From Candidatus Uhrbacteria bacterium (GTDB taxonomy: Bacteria > Patescibacteriota > Patescibacteriia > UBA9934 > GWF2-40-263), in NCBI GenBank assembly GCA_037131775.1, contig JBAXQK010000003.1, positions 12,439 through 76,438 on the forward strand: 64,000 bases of DNA. The letters run 5' to 3'. Below the pieces are notes generated by a model. The model had not been told where the DNA came from, did not search any database, and worked only from the letters and a program-made list of their open reading frames with translations. The position numbers and the translations under genes were made by a program. Positions 10,337 to 19,392 of the stretch are shown here, piece after piece (position 1 is the stretch's first letter; every line of letters starts with the position of its first letter).

Positions 10337-11557
10337 TTACGCGACCTCCTCGACGACCACCTTCTCCGGCATCTTCACGCGCGTCACGCGGCAGACGAAG
10401 CTCTTCAAGTAAATCGACTCCGGGAAATACACGCTCTGCGGATGGTCGGCGGCCTGGCGGATTACCGCGAGGATCTCGAGGCGAAGTCCAGCCTGGACGG
10501 ATGCGCGGCGAAGGATGAACGCGAGGTCTTCCTCGGGAAGGAAGTGCGAACAGCTGGAGGTGATGAACAGGCCGCCGTCGGCGACGAGGCGCATCGCGGC
10601 GCGGTTCAGGAAATGGTAGGCCTTCTTTCCTTCCTCGGCATCGCGGCCGGCCTTGATGAGCGCCGGGGGGTCGATGATGACCGCGTCGTAGCGGGAGTCC
10701 TTGTTCACGTTCAGGAAATCAAACGCGTCGGTGTCCTGGACGGTGAACTTGTCGGCGTCGATGCCGTTCATCTCGGCGTGGCGGGCGCATCCGGCGAGGG
10801 CGGCCTCGGAGCCGTCGACGTTGTGCACGCGCTCGGCGCCACTCTTCATGGCCGCGATTCCGGCGGCTCCGGTGTACGAGAACATGTTCAGCACGCTTCC
10901 CTTCACGCCGTGGTCGAGGATCCACTTGCGCAGGTCCTTCTGGTCGAGAAAGAATCCAGTCTTCTGCCCGAACGCGACGTCGGCCGTGAACTTCAGGCCG
11001 TTCTCCGTGAACGGAACCGGCTCCGGGTCCGTGCCGTAGCGAAGCGCGCTCACCGGGCCGAGGTTGTCCTCCTTGCGCACCGGCAGGTCGCTGCGCTCGA
11101 CGATCGCGGTCGGCTCGTAGACTTCGACGAGAGCCGCGACAACGTCGTCGCGCAGGTTCTCAAGTCCCGCGGTCGCGATCTGCATCACGAGCACGTTCTC
11201 GTACTTGTCGACGACCAGACCCGGAACTCCGTCGGCCTCGCCGAACAGCACGCGATACGCGGTCGTGTTCGCCGGGACGGTGATCGCGCGCGACGCCTGC
11301 GCCGCGCGAATCTTTTCGACGAACCAGGCCTTGTCGATCACGGCCTCCTTGAACTCAAAGAGGCGCACGCGGATCGAGCTCGACTTCGAGTACGTCCCGG
11401 TTCCGATGATCGTTCCCTTCCGATCGGAAACATGCACGAGCCCGCCGTGCTCCACGTCGTCCGGAACCACCGCCACCGCGCCCGAAAACACCCACGGGTG
11501 CCAGAATCCGATTGCCGCCTCCTTGCCTGGAACAAGCTGAACGATTGGGTAGGACAT
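10337..11557 (-). CDS. rlmI: RlmI-family 23S rRNA m5C methyltransferase
   Basis: PUA-like HPWVFSG, GEADGVPGLVVDKY, GQKTGFFLDQ, FSYTG, IIDPP, TSSCS. Confidence 0.88.
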   Translation of the reverse strand: MSYPIVQLVPGKEAAIGFWHPWVFSGAVAVVPDDVEHGGLVHVSDRKGTIIGTGTYSKSSSIRVRLFEFKEAVIDKAWFVEKIRAAQASRAITVPANTTAYRVLFGEADGVPGLVVDKYENVLVMQIATAGLENLRDDVVAALVEVYEPTAIVERSDLPVRKEDNLGPVSALRYGTDPEPVPFTENGLKFTADVAFGQKTGFFLDQKDLRKWILDHGVKGSVLNMFSYTGAAGIAAMKSGAERVHNVDGSEAALAGCARHAEMNGIDADKFTVQDTDAFDFLNVNKDSRYDAVIIDPPALIKAGRDAEEGKKAYHFLNRAAMRLVADGGLFITSSCSHFLPEEDLAFILRRASVQAGLRLEILAVIRQAADHPQSVYFPESIYLKSFVCRVTRVKMPEKVVVEEVA

Positions 11558-11618
11558 ATGCGTAAGAAAGACAAATGCGTGAGTAATGCGGGGATGTTCC
11601 CAGATTTGAGGCAGTTTG

Positions 11619-11906
11619 TCAATGGTTGCTCGGATGCGTTTCGTCGAATCGAATGGCTAGGTTTCGCGCCAGCTCAGCCAGCTCCGCCTTGCTCATGTTC
11701 GGAAAGCGAAGCCGATCGGCGCTCGTCATCTCGGACTTGGCCTGATCGATTTTCACGAGTTCCGTTTCGGAAAGGCCCAGCAATGGCTTTCCGAGCAAAA
11801 TCCCCGCGATCTGATTGTCCAGCGCCATGATGCGAAGCGCCGTCTGCTGCGTCGGATTCTCACCCTTGGTATAGGAATCCAGTCCGGAGCGTCCAAGATT
11901 TTCCAT
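11619..11906 (-). CDS. Hypothetical protein
   Basis: ORF directly downstream of pyrG; no family recognised. Confidence 0.55.
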   Translation of the reverse strand: MENLGRSGLDSYTKGENPTQQTALRIMALDNQIAGILLGKPLLGLSETELVKIDQAKSEMTSADRLRFPNMSKAELAELARNLAIRFDETHPSNH

Positions 11907-11917
11907 ACGATTGTCGG

Positions 11918-13525
11918 TTACTTCTTAGCCGCCGCCTTCGCGAAGGCAAGAAACAGCGGGTGCGGCTTCAGCGGCGAGGACTGGAACTCCGGATGAAACT
12001 GGACGCCGACGAAGAACGGGTGATCCTTCAGCTCGACGATCTCGACAAGCTTGCCGTCGGGCGTGGTGCCCGCGACGACGAGGCCGGCGGCCACGAGCTG
12101 GTCGCGGTAGGCGTTGTTGAACTCGTAGCGGTGGCGGTGGCGCTCGGAGACGATCTCGGCGCCGTACGCCTTGCGGCTGTGCGTCCCGGTCGCGACCTTG
12201 CAGTCCCAGGAACCGAGGCGCATCGACGCGCCGTAGTTCTTCTCGAGCATGAGCTTCTCCTGGTCGGGCATCACGTGGATGACCGGATGCTTCGTCTTCG
12301 TGTCGATCTCGGTCGTGTTCGCGCCCTTCAGCCCGACGACGTTCCTTGCGAACTCCACGCACGCCAGCTGCATGCCGTAGCACAGGCCGTAGTACGGCAC
12401 CTTGTTCTCGCGCGCGAACCCGATGGCCGAGATGATCCCCTCGATCCCGCGGCTCCCGAACCCGCCCGGGACCACGATCCCGTCGAATCCCTTCAGGCGG
12501 TCCGTCCCGTTCTTCTCAATTTCCATCGCGTCGATCCAGGTCAGCACCGGCTTGCGGCCCACGGCCCAGCACGCGTGCTTGATCGATTCGATCACCGAGA
12601 TGTACACGTCGGAAAGGACGAACCCGCCGGTCGTGAAGTACTTCCCAACGACCGCGATCTTCAAATCATCCGTCGGCTTCTTGATCTTCGCCACGAGATC
12701 CTTCCACGGCTTCATGTTCGACGCGTGCTCCTTCAGTCCCAACTTCTTGACGACCATGTCACCGAGCTTCTGCGTCTCGAGGATAAGCGGAATCTCGTAG
12801 ATCGACGAGACGTTCGGGTTCGAGATGACCGCCTCCTTCTCGACGTTGCAGAACAGCGCGATGCGCTCCTTGCGGCGGTCGTCCATCGGCTCCTCGCTGC
12901 GGCCGACCACGAAGTCGGGCTGGATCCCCATGGAGTTCAGCATCCGGACGCTCTGCTGCACCGGCTTGGTCTTCATCTCGCCCAGGTTGCCCGGGACCGG
13001 GAGGTACGCCACATGGATCTGCACGACGTTCTTCGGCTCGCGCATCTTGAGGATGCGGGTCGCCTCGAAGAAGATTCCGTTCTGGTACTCGCCGACCGTT
13101 CCGCCAAGCTCGACGATCACCACGTCGCTTCCCTTCACCGCGGCCTTGAACCTGCGGATGATCTCGTCGGTCAGGTGCGGAATCGCCTCCACGTCCTCGC
13201 CCTCGTACTCGAACGCGCGCTCCTTGCGGATGACCTCGGCGTACACCTGGCCGGTGGTCATGTAGTTTACGCGGTGGAGCGGCCGGCCAAGGAAGCGCTC
13301 GTAGTTGCCAAGGTCCTGGTCGCTCTCCAGCCCGTCCTCGGTCACGAACACCTCGCCGTGCTCCGAGGGACGGATCGTTCCCGCGTCGATGTTCAGGTAC
13401 ATGTCCACCTTCATGGCGGAAACGGAAAAGCCCTTCGCCTGCAGGATGGCGCCGAGCGACGCCGTGGTAATTCCCTTCCCGAGACCCGAGATGACGCCGC
13501 CGGAGACAAAGATGTATTTTGGCAT
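11918..13525 (-). CDS. pyrG: CTP synthase
   Basis: KYIFVSGGVISGLGKG, KTKPVQQSV, GLCYGMQ, ERHRHRYE, QFHPEF. Confidence 0.98.
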   Translation of the reverse strand: MPKYIFVSGGVISGLGKGITTASLGAILQAKGFSVSAMKVDMYLNIDAGTIRPSEHGEVFVTEDGLESDQDLGNYERFLGRPLHRVNYMTTGQVYAEVIRKERAFEYEGEDVEAIPHLTDEIIRRFKAAVKGSDVVIVELGGTVGEYQNGIFFEATRILKMREPKNVVQIHVAYLPVPGNLGEMKTKPVQQSVRMLNSMGIQPDFVVGRSEEPMDDRRKERIALFCNVEKEAVISNPNVSSIYEIPLILETQKLGDMVVKKLGLKEHASNMKPWKDLVAKIKKPTDDLKIAVVGKYFTTGGFVLSDVYISVIESIKHACWAVGRKPVLTWIDAMEIEKNGTDRLKGFDGIVVPGGFGSRGIEGIISAIGFARENKVPYYGLCYGMQLACVEFARNVVGLKGANTTEIDTKTKHPVIHVMPDQEKLMLEKNYGASMRLGSWDCKVATGTHSRKAYGAEIVSERHRHRYEFNNAYRDQLVAAGLVVAGTTPDGKLVEIVELKDHPFFVGVQFHPEFQSSPLKPHPLFLAFAKAAAKK

Positions 13526-13536
13526 ATTTGTGAGTT

Positions 13537-13590
13537 GTTTGTAGTGAGTAGTGAGTTGTGGTAGCCGACTACTCACCACTCACTACAAAC
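13537..13590. repeat. Inverted 7-mer arrays forming a long hairpin upstream of pyrG
   Basis: GTTTGTAGTGAGTAGTGAGTTGT...ACTACTCACCACTCACTACAAAC. Confidence 0.8.
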
Positions 13591-13602
13591 CAAAGAGGGA
13601 CG

Positions 13603-14046
13603 TTAGTCCCTTGATTCAACGATGACTCGGATGGTGGCCTCAAAGCCGTGCGGAAGATTGACCACCGCCTCCCGCTCTCCCGGCTCCTTCATCGGCGGCA
13701 TTTCCACCGCGTCCTCGGGAACCGCGAATCCGTTTTTCTTCAGCAGCGCCGCGACCGTCTTGGCCGTGACCGCCGCGTAGAGCACCCCGCTCTCGTTCGC
13801 CTTCTCCTTGACGACGAGCTCGAACCCGTCCAGCGCCGAGGCAAGCTTCTTGGCCTCGTTCTCGCCCTTCTTCGCGACTTTCACGAGTTTCGCCTCCGCC
13901 TCGCGCATCCGCTGGATGGACTGCTCGGTGGCCTGAACTCCCAGATTCTGTGGGAACAGAAAATTGATCGCATAGCCGTCGGAAACGTTCGCCACGTCCC
14001 CGCGCCGGCCGAGGGCCTTCACGTCCTTGAGGAGAATCACTTTCAT
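13603..14046 (-). CDS. rplI: 50S ribosomal protein L9
   Basis: MKVILLKDVKALGRRGDVANVSDGYAINFLFP. Confidence 0.97.
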   Translation of the reverse strand: MKVILLKDVKALGRRGDVANVSDGYAINFLFPQNLGVQATEQSIQRMREAEAKLVKVAKKGENEAKKLASALDGFELVVKEKANESGVLYAAVTAKTVAALLKKNGFAVPEDAVEMPPMKEPGEREAVVNLPHGFEATIRVIVESRD

Positions 14047-14070
14047 ATCCGCCAGGATTATAGCACGCGG

Positions 14071-14259
14071 CTACCGGTTGACCAAGATGACCGTCGCGAC
14101 CGTGATGGCAGCCGTCAAGAATCCGAAGCCGAACACGATGCGCCAGAACTTCTTCTGCGGCATCCCGTAGCAGTCGTTCGGCCCGTGCTTCGGGATTTTC
14201 TTCGGCTTTGCGGGAGCGTGATGGTCGTCATGCCCGTGGGCGGCGGGAGGATGGGACAT
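14071..14259 (-). CDS. Small His-rich protein with C-terminal TM
   Basis: MSHPPAAHGHDDHH...FWRIVFGFGFLTAAITVATVILV. Confidence 0.6.
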   Translation of the reverse strand: MSHPPAAHGHDDHHAPAKPKKIPKHGPNDCYGMPQKKFWRIVFGFGFLTAAITVATVILVNR

Positions 14260-14300
14260 AGTGGGATGAGGTTTGAGGATCGAGGCTCGAACTTCGAAGA

Positions 14301-14930
14301 CTACGGTACGAGCTTACCTTTTTCCCACTGAACGATCAATCCCGCCTTTACTTCGACCGCGTCCGCCGGTCGGAGCGTCGCGATCTGGCCTCGCGACAGG
14401 ATCGGCGTGTGTACCACGTCGCAAAGGTACTCTGGGACGAACCAGACAGGATCCTCGCTGGTCATCCAGCCGCGCGCGTCAAATCGGGACAGATCGACGG
14501 GTCGCGAGAACGATCTCAGCGTCTTCTTGCCGTTTGACTGCAGAAAATACTCATGGAAGTACGACATCGCCAGCTCGCGGATCGTGCGATAGACCGGCTC
14601 GCGGTAGCGGAGGACGGCGTGATTGGTCTTCGATATCGCACCCCAGTGGCCATGGCGACGAAAGAGGGCGACGACGTGGTCCTGGTCGTCGTCGGTCGAA
14701 GTAAGGTCGAGAATCAGCGGCCTTTCGCCGGCGAGGCGCAATGCGACGGCGGCGAGCATCGCGCCCTCGATGCAGTGCGCGCGCCCTTGGCGAAGGACGA
14801 GGCGCGGCGAGAAGCACGAGTCTCCGTCGGGCTCGTGGTTCTGCGGAAGCGCGTCAAGAAAGTCCTGGATTTTTGCCGGAGCGTTGAGTCGTTTGAGAAC
14901 GCGGAGTTCCGTTGGGTCGAGCCCGTACAT
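14301..14930 (-). CDS. Transglutaminase/papain-like conserved protein
   Basis: AHCIEGA, DHVVALF, WGAISKTN, YREPVY; candidate catalytic Cys and His. Confidence 0.75.
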   Translation of the reverse strand: MYGLDPTELRVLKRLNAPAKIQDFLDALPQNHEPDGDSCFSPRLVLRQGRAHCIEGAMLAAVALRLAGERPLILDLTSTDDDQDHVVALFRRHGHWGAISKTNHAVLRYREPVYRTIRELAMSYFHEYFLQSNGKKTLRSFSRPVDLSRFDARGWMTSEDPVWFVPEYLCDVVHTPILSRGQIATLRPADAVEVKAGLIVQWEKGKLVP

Positions 14931-14935
14931 AAAAA

Positions 14936-15517
14936 TTAACTCCTTCTCTTTGGCCTATTCTCCAGCCGCAGCGACCAGCAGATCGCGAAGAACATCGGGC
15001 CCATCGCGAAGTACAGCGCCTGCATCCAGCGCGGGGCGTGGAGGCAGTCGCAGATCGGGAGGCCAGCGTATGCGGAGGAAGCGAGGTTGTGGATGTCGAA
15101 AACGTGGTACGCGATCGTCTCGGCCACGATCAGGAGCGGCCAGTAGAGAGTGAGGAACAGGCCGAGCTGCCGCGCGAATCCCTTCAGGCGAAAGACGTGT
15201 TCCTCATGGGAGAACAGCAGATACGACGCGAACAGTCCCGCGGCCCATCCGAACAGCGAAAACAGGTTCACTCCGTCGACGACGAGGAACGGATGGTTAT
15301 ACCCGTATTCCGAGCGACCGAGAAACGCCCAGATCGCGGCCATGGCGGACGCGACGGCAAAATGAAGGAACAGATTCGTCCGGCGCGTGACGACCAGGTA
15401 CAGGATCGTCGCCAGATAGGCGACGATCACCACCTGGTCGGCGGGAAAAATGCCAAAGAGCGCGATGACAAGCGCGATGAGCAACGCGTCGACGGTTAGA
15501 AGGAACGGACGGGACAT
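14936..15517 (-). CDS. Multi-TM membrane protein
   Basis: About 6 hydrophobic segments and a CDC motif; in the VKOR operon. Confidence 0.7.
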   Translation of the reverse strand: MSRPFLLTVDALLIALVIALFGIFPADQVVIVAYLATILYLVVTRRTNLFLHFAVASAMAAIWAFLGRSEYGYNHPFLVVDGVNLFSLFGWAAGLFASYLLFSHEEHVFRLKGFARQLGLFLTLYWPLLIVAETIAYHVFDIHNLASSAYAGLPICDCLHAPRWMQALYFAMGPMFFAICWSLRLENRPKRRS

Positions 15518-15521
15518 GGGA

Positions 15522-15962
15522 TTAGATCAGAGATTTCTTTTTTCCAAATCGCAGCAAACAGCTTGAGACGAATACCGTCAGGATCGAAATCTGCGACGTG
15601 ACGCAGACGATACACCAGGCGTGCAGGACGAATGCCTCGACGCCGGTCAGGTAGAAGCTGAACGCGACCGCGCCGCCCGAGGCAAGAAACAGAAAGGTCA
15701 GAAGCGACGCGTCCGTCGGTCGCCTCGTCCTTAGGACCGCCGCCGAAAGCATGAACGCGTAGCCGAAAAGTCCAAGCAGCGCGACGGGAACCCCGCCGAT
15801 TTCCGAGTACGGGCCACGGTTCACGATGTCGCAGTTGAAGGTGGCGTTGAACGTGCAGAGCGCCCCGGAAACGAACGCCTCGTGATGCAGGAGCGAGTAC
15901 GTCGACAGCGCGAGGCCGACGACGGAGAATGCCATGATGACGCGCAGGAGCTTGCGTTCCAT
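15522..15962 (-). CDS. Vitamin K epoxide reductase family (VKOR) disulfide oxidoreductase
   Basis: C-x7-C loop (CTFNATFNC), YSEIGGVPVALLG, WCIVC. Confidence 0.92.
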   Translation of the reverse strand: MERKLLRVIMAFSVVGLALSTYSLLHHEAFVSGALCTFNATFNCDIVNRGPYSEIGGVPVALLGLFGYAFMLSAAVLRTRRPTDASLLTFLFLASGGAVAFSFYLTGVEAFVLHAWCIVCVTSQISILTVFVSSCLLRFGKKKSLI

Positions 15963-15965
15963 ACG

Positions 15966-16400
15966 CTACTTGGTCGACGCATCCGTCACGGGAGCGACGG
16001 CCGAATCAACGCCAGGCAGCGCGCAGCCGGACTTCGCGGCCAGCGTGTCGAACGTCTGCTCCCCGGAAAGCTGCGAACTGTCGGCGAGAACCCAGGTCGG
16101 GTATCCCTTGATTCCGGCGTCCTTGCACTCCTGGCTCATGTCCTTGGACTGGTTCGGGGAGCACTCGACGTAATCGATCTTCTTGAACGCCGTGCCAAAC
16201 AGCTCCTTCTGTGCCTTGCAGTGCGGACACCACCAGGCGCCGTACATCTTCACCCCCTTGTCGGCCAGGCACTGCGCGAACCCGTCGTAATCCGACGGGG
16301 CCGAGGACGTGACCCTGTTCGTTGCGATAAGGGCGATAAGGGCCACGACCGCGAGGCCGGCGGCGCCGTAAAGGAAGTAGGAGGATGGGATCTTTTTCAT
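15966..16400 (-). CDS. Membrane-anchored thioredoxin-like partner of VKOR
   Basis: N-terminal TM; MYGAWWCPHCKAQKELFG, YVECS, IKGYPTW, as in the Trx domain of cyanobacterial VKOR fusions. Confidence 0.9.
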   Translation of the reverse strand: MKKIPSSYFLYGAAGLAVVALIALIATNRVTSSAPSDYDGFAQCLADKGVKMYGAWWCPHCKAQKELFGTAFKKIDYVECSPNQSKDMSQECKDAGIKGYPTWVLADSSQLSGEQTFDTLAAKSGCALPGVDSAVAPVTDASTK

Positions 16401-16405
16401 AGGGA

Positions 16406-17320
16406 TTAGTGGGAAATAGCTGAGATTGTCGTAATGCCGGTGCAGGATCCGCCGATTGAGTCGGGAATGGATACGTTGAAGTACAGTGTTTTTGACGGAG
16501 CCGGAGCCACGTCCGTACCATACGCCACGTCAAGATTCGTGTCGACAGGAGAGCCTGTCAGCGCATTCGCGGAACCGCTCCCAAAGCCAACGTCGCTCAA
16601 CGACCACTTGAAATTGCTCCGTGGAATCGACCCCGACGCGCAGGTCAATCCGGACGGCATGGAAATTTCCACGTCCGCGTTCACGTTCCCCGACTGCGAA
16701 ATGCTTACCTCCACGTTATTGCCCGCCGTCGTCACGTCACCGATGCTATGGTTTCCGAAGTTGATGTTTCCGGGAACCACGAGGCTGAGGATCGAACTCA
16801 TCTCCTTCGTCAGGGAGCTGTCCTGAGCCGTGTCCGTCCCGTCCGTCACTTCCACGTGCGCGACCCAGTTTTCCGATGGGTATCGACCGGACGCGTCGGT
16901 TGAGTCCGCGTAATAACTGATGTCAATCTCGCAGGAATAAACCTTCTGATAGGCGGTTGCGCCGGCGTAAAGACCGCAGGTGGGACGAACGAAACAATCG
17001 ATACCGGTCGCCGCGCACGCGCTTCCGCTCCCGACCCCGCTGCGATAAAAGACGCCGCGCACATTCGTAATCATGCTGGCGCCATCGAGATCCTCGACGA
17101 TTCCGTTCAGGTAGATCGTCTTCGTTCCGCCCGCTATCGGAGTGACGCTCCCGCCCGGATAGTTATCCGTGGTTCCGTTGAGCGTGTTGCTCGTGACGAC
17201 CGAGACGACCGTCGGCGGTGTGTTGGCCTGGGCCTCGGCGACGGGACCGTTCAGGGAGAATGCCGCGGCGATTCCAATCAAAAGTGCTCCGAACGCGGTG
17301 ATGGCAACGGGGTATTTCAT
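16406..17320 (-). CDS. Secreted Cys-rich fibre-subunit-like protein (paralog P1)
   Basis: Signal peptide; TIYLNGIVED, FYRSGV, YSCEI, INFG, GSCTGITTISA; clearly paralogous to the three genes at 43773-47215. Confidence 0.75.
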   Translation of the reverse strand: MKYPVAITAFGALLIGIAAAFSLNGPVAEAQANTPPTVVSVVTSNTLNGTTDNYPGGSVTPIAGGTKTIYLNGIVEDLDGASMITNVRGVFYRSGVGSGSACAATGIDCFVRPTCGLYAGATAYQKVYSCEIDISYYADSTDASGRYPSENWVAHVEVTDGTDTAQDSSLTKEMSSILSLVVPGNINFGNHSIGDVTTAGNNVEVSISQSGNVNADVEISMPSGLTCASGSIPRSNFKWSLSDVGFGSGSANALTGSPVDTNLDVAYGTDVAPAPSKTLYFNVSIPDSIGGSCTGITTISAISH

Positions 17321-17331
17321 ATGCGGCCAGT

Positions 17332-18483
17332 TTACCACGATCGATACCCCTCGTACGATCCGAGCTGCGTCGCCCACGTCGCCGACCCCTTGTCGACGTA
17401 AACCTTGATTCCCGCGAGCAGCTGGCGGAGAACCGTCTCGTTCTTCTTGTCGAGCAGCTCCATCGGGACGTGCACGTTCACGCGTGCCACGCGGCTCCGA
17501 TCGCGAATCGAGTCCGCCTGCTTGATCACGTCGAGCATCACCGTGACGTCGGCGGAATCCAGGACGCAGTTCGGGGAACAGTTGATCCGGCCCTCGGAAA
17601 GGCTCGCCAGCTCGCCGATGTCGCCACTCATGTTCACGACGACGCCGTCCGCGTCCGGAACGAGGTCCTTGGCGTCCTTCATCGGAATCGGGTACAGGCG
17701 GTCGGCAAACTCCGGCGGGATAGAATCGTGAAATCCCGTCTTCAGAATGTACGCGTTCGTCCAGGTGTCCGGTCGCGCCGAGGCGGGCATCGACAGATAC
17801 CCGAACCCGGTGACGGCATCCGTATATTCGAACCCGGCCGCGTGCTCGGCCAGGATCCAGTCGGTCGGCCCCGTTCCGCCGGAAACGCCACGATTGTTCT
17901 CGGCGCCGACGAGACCGTCCACGAGCGCCTTGTTTTCCTTAAACTTGGCGGTCAGCTCCGCGACAGTCAGTGCCGTGCCCTTCGTAGCACCGAATCCCGC
18001 GTGCGTCCCAACGCCATGGCCGCGGTCGATGACCTCTTTTAGAATATTCGTTCCCCACACAGTGTTCGCCTTCGCAAACGGCTGCTCGCTCTCGAACGTA
18101 AGCTTCGCGCCGTACTCATCGAACAGGTCCATGGCCCAGCGCATGTTTGCCACGTGACGCTCAAAAAGATTTTTGTCCGTGTCGTCCTTGAAGTCCTCCT
18201 CCATGTGGGTCATCGTCGTGACGTACAGCGGCGCGTCGCCCGAATGCTTTGGCGTAGCCGGAGAGGTCGGCGTCTCGGTCGTCGTTTCCGTCACGGGAGA
18301 GCCCGAGGTCGAAGGCGTCGGCGACGTCGGATTTGGCCGCGATGACGAGATCGGCGGACGAGGGACCGATGGGCGCGACCCGGACATCTTTTCGAGATAC
18401 AGAACGCGCATAACGAGAAGTCCGCCCGCGATGCCGACGACGACTGCTGCGGCGACGAGCGCCGATTGTTGCTTTGTGATCAT
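17332..18483 (-). CDS. Membrane-anchored polysaccharide-deacetylase-like (beta/alpha barrel) protein
   Basis: N-terminal TM, Pro/Thr linker, LYVTTMTHMEE, GAKLTFE, RGHGVGTH, VHVP. Confidence 0.6.
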   Translation of the reverse strand: MITKQQSALVAAAVVVGIAGGLLVMRVLYLEKMSGSRPSVPRPPISSSRPNPTSPTPSTSGSPVTETTTETPTSPATPKHSGDAPLYVTTMTHMEEDFKDDTDKNLFERHVANMRWAMDLFDEYGAKLTFESEQPFAKANTVWGTNILKEVIDRGHGVGTHAGFGATKGTALTVAELTAKFKENKALVDGLVGAENNRGVSGGTGPTDWILAEHAAGFEYTDAVTGFGYLSMPASARPDTWTNAYILKTGFHDSIPPEFADRLYPIPMKDAKDLVPDADGVVVNMSGDIGELASLSEGRINCSPNCVLDSADVTVMLDVIKQADSIRDRSRVARVNVHVPMELLDKKNETVLRQLLAGIKVYVDKGSATWATQLGSYEGYRSW

Positions 18484-18549
18484 ACAAAGAGAGTCTACCA
18501 TCATCCACGCCTGGGCGAACAGGCCGTTAGCCGTGTAAGATGAGCCCGT

Positions 18550-19383
18550 ATGAACATTCCCGCGACGACGATCTACCGCTATTCCCCTCTCGGCTGGGCC
18601 CGGCTCCTCTACGGCCCGATGTTTCTTCTGTTCGGACTCGGATTTCTATCCGTCTTTGTTTCGGAACTCCAACATCGACGGGCCAACGGCGGGTTATCCA
18701 CCGAACCGTTTGACTTGATCCTGTGGGGAGGCTTCCTCCTCGTTCCGATCGTTTTCCTTGCCTGCGGCGTCGCGATGATCCAATCCGACCGGCGCTCCTG
18801 GATCGAGGACGGCGCATGGCGCACGGCGCGCGGGGAGTTTCCGATGTTTCACCGTCGGATGACGAAGGACGACGTCCGCGGGTATTTTGTCGCGAACGTT
18901 CCGGCAATCGCCGTCTTCGGCAACCGAGCTTCCGTCGTCGGAAACCGCTTTCACGTCCAGGCGCTCCTTTCAAACGGCCTGCGCGTCGCCATCGCGTGGT
19001 TCGCGGACAGACCGTCCGCGAAATCCGTCGCCGACCGCTTCGAGCGCGAGGTCGGTTCGAAACCGAAGGAGACAGCGATCGGATTCGACGCGACGCCCTG
19101 GTACCTGTCGGGATCGCAATCGCAGGAGTACAAGACGATGCGTGGGAACAAGTCCGCCGCGGCCCTGTATGACGCGCTTTGCGACGTCTGGGAAACGTCG
19201 TACGCCGACCTGCGACCGTCCGGCGGTCCGTCGTACACCGAATCGAACGAGGCGTTTCCCTATCGCGGATCCCTCTCGGTCGATCTCGATCTGCTCCGAT
19301 ATTCGTACGACCTCCAGCAATTCGACCGTGCCTTGCGGACGCTCGTGACCGCCGGGCTTGTGAATCTTCCAAAAAACAGCTAA
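18550..19383 (+). CDS. Hypothetical membrane protein
   Basis: Two N-terminal TMs; TAAGAT -10 element 8 nt upstream. Confidence 0.65.
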   Translation: MNIPATTIYRYSPLGWARLLYGPMFLLFGLGFLSVFVSELQHRRANGGLSTEPFDLILWGGFLLVPIVFLACGVAMIQSDRRSWIEDGAWRTARGEFPMFHRRMTKDDVRGYFVANVPAIAVFGNRASVVGNRFHVQALLSNGLRVAIAWFADRPSAKSVADRFEREVGSKPKETAIGFDATPWYLSGSQSQEYKTMRGNKSAAALYDALCDVWETSYADLRPSGGPSYTESNEAFPYRGSLSVDLDLLRYSYDLQQFDRALRTLVTAGLVNLPKNS

Positions 19384-19392
19384 CCTCCCGCC

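Noticed and set aside
13537-13590. pyrG reiterative-transcription attenuator
   Set aside because: No GGGC start or U-tract terminator is evident; the hairpin fits the tandem-array family better.
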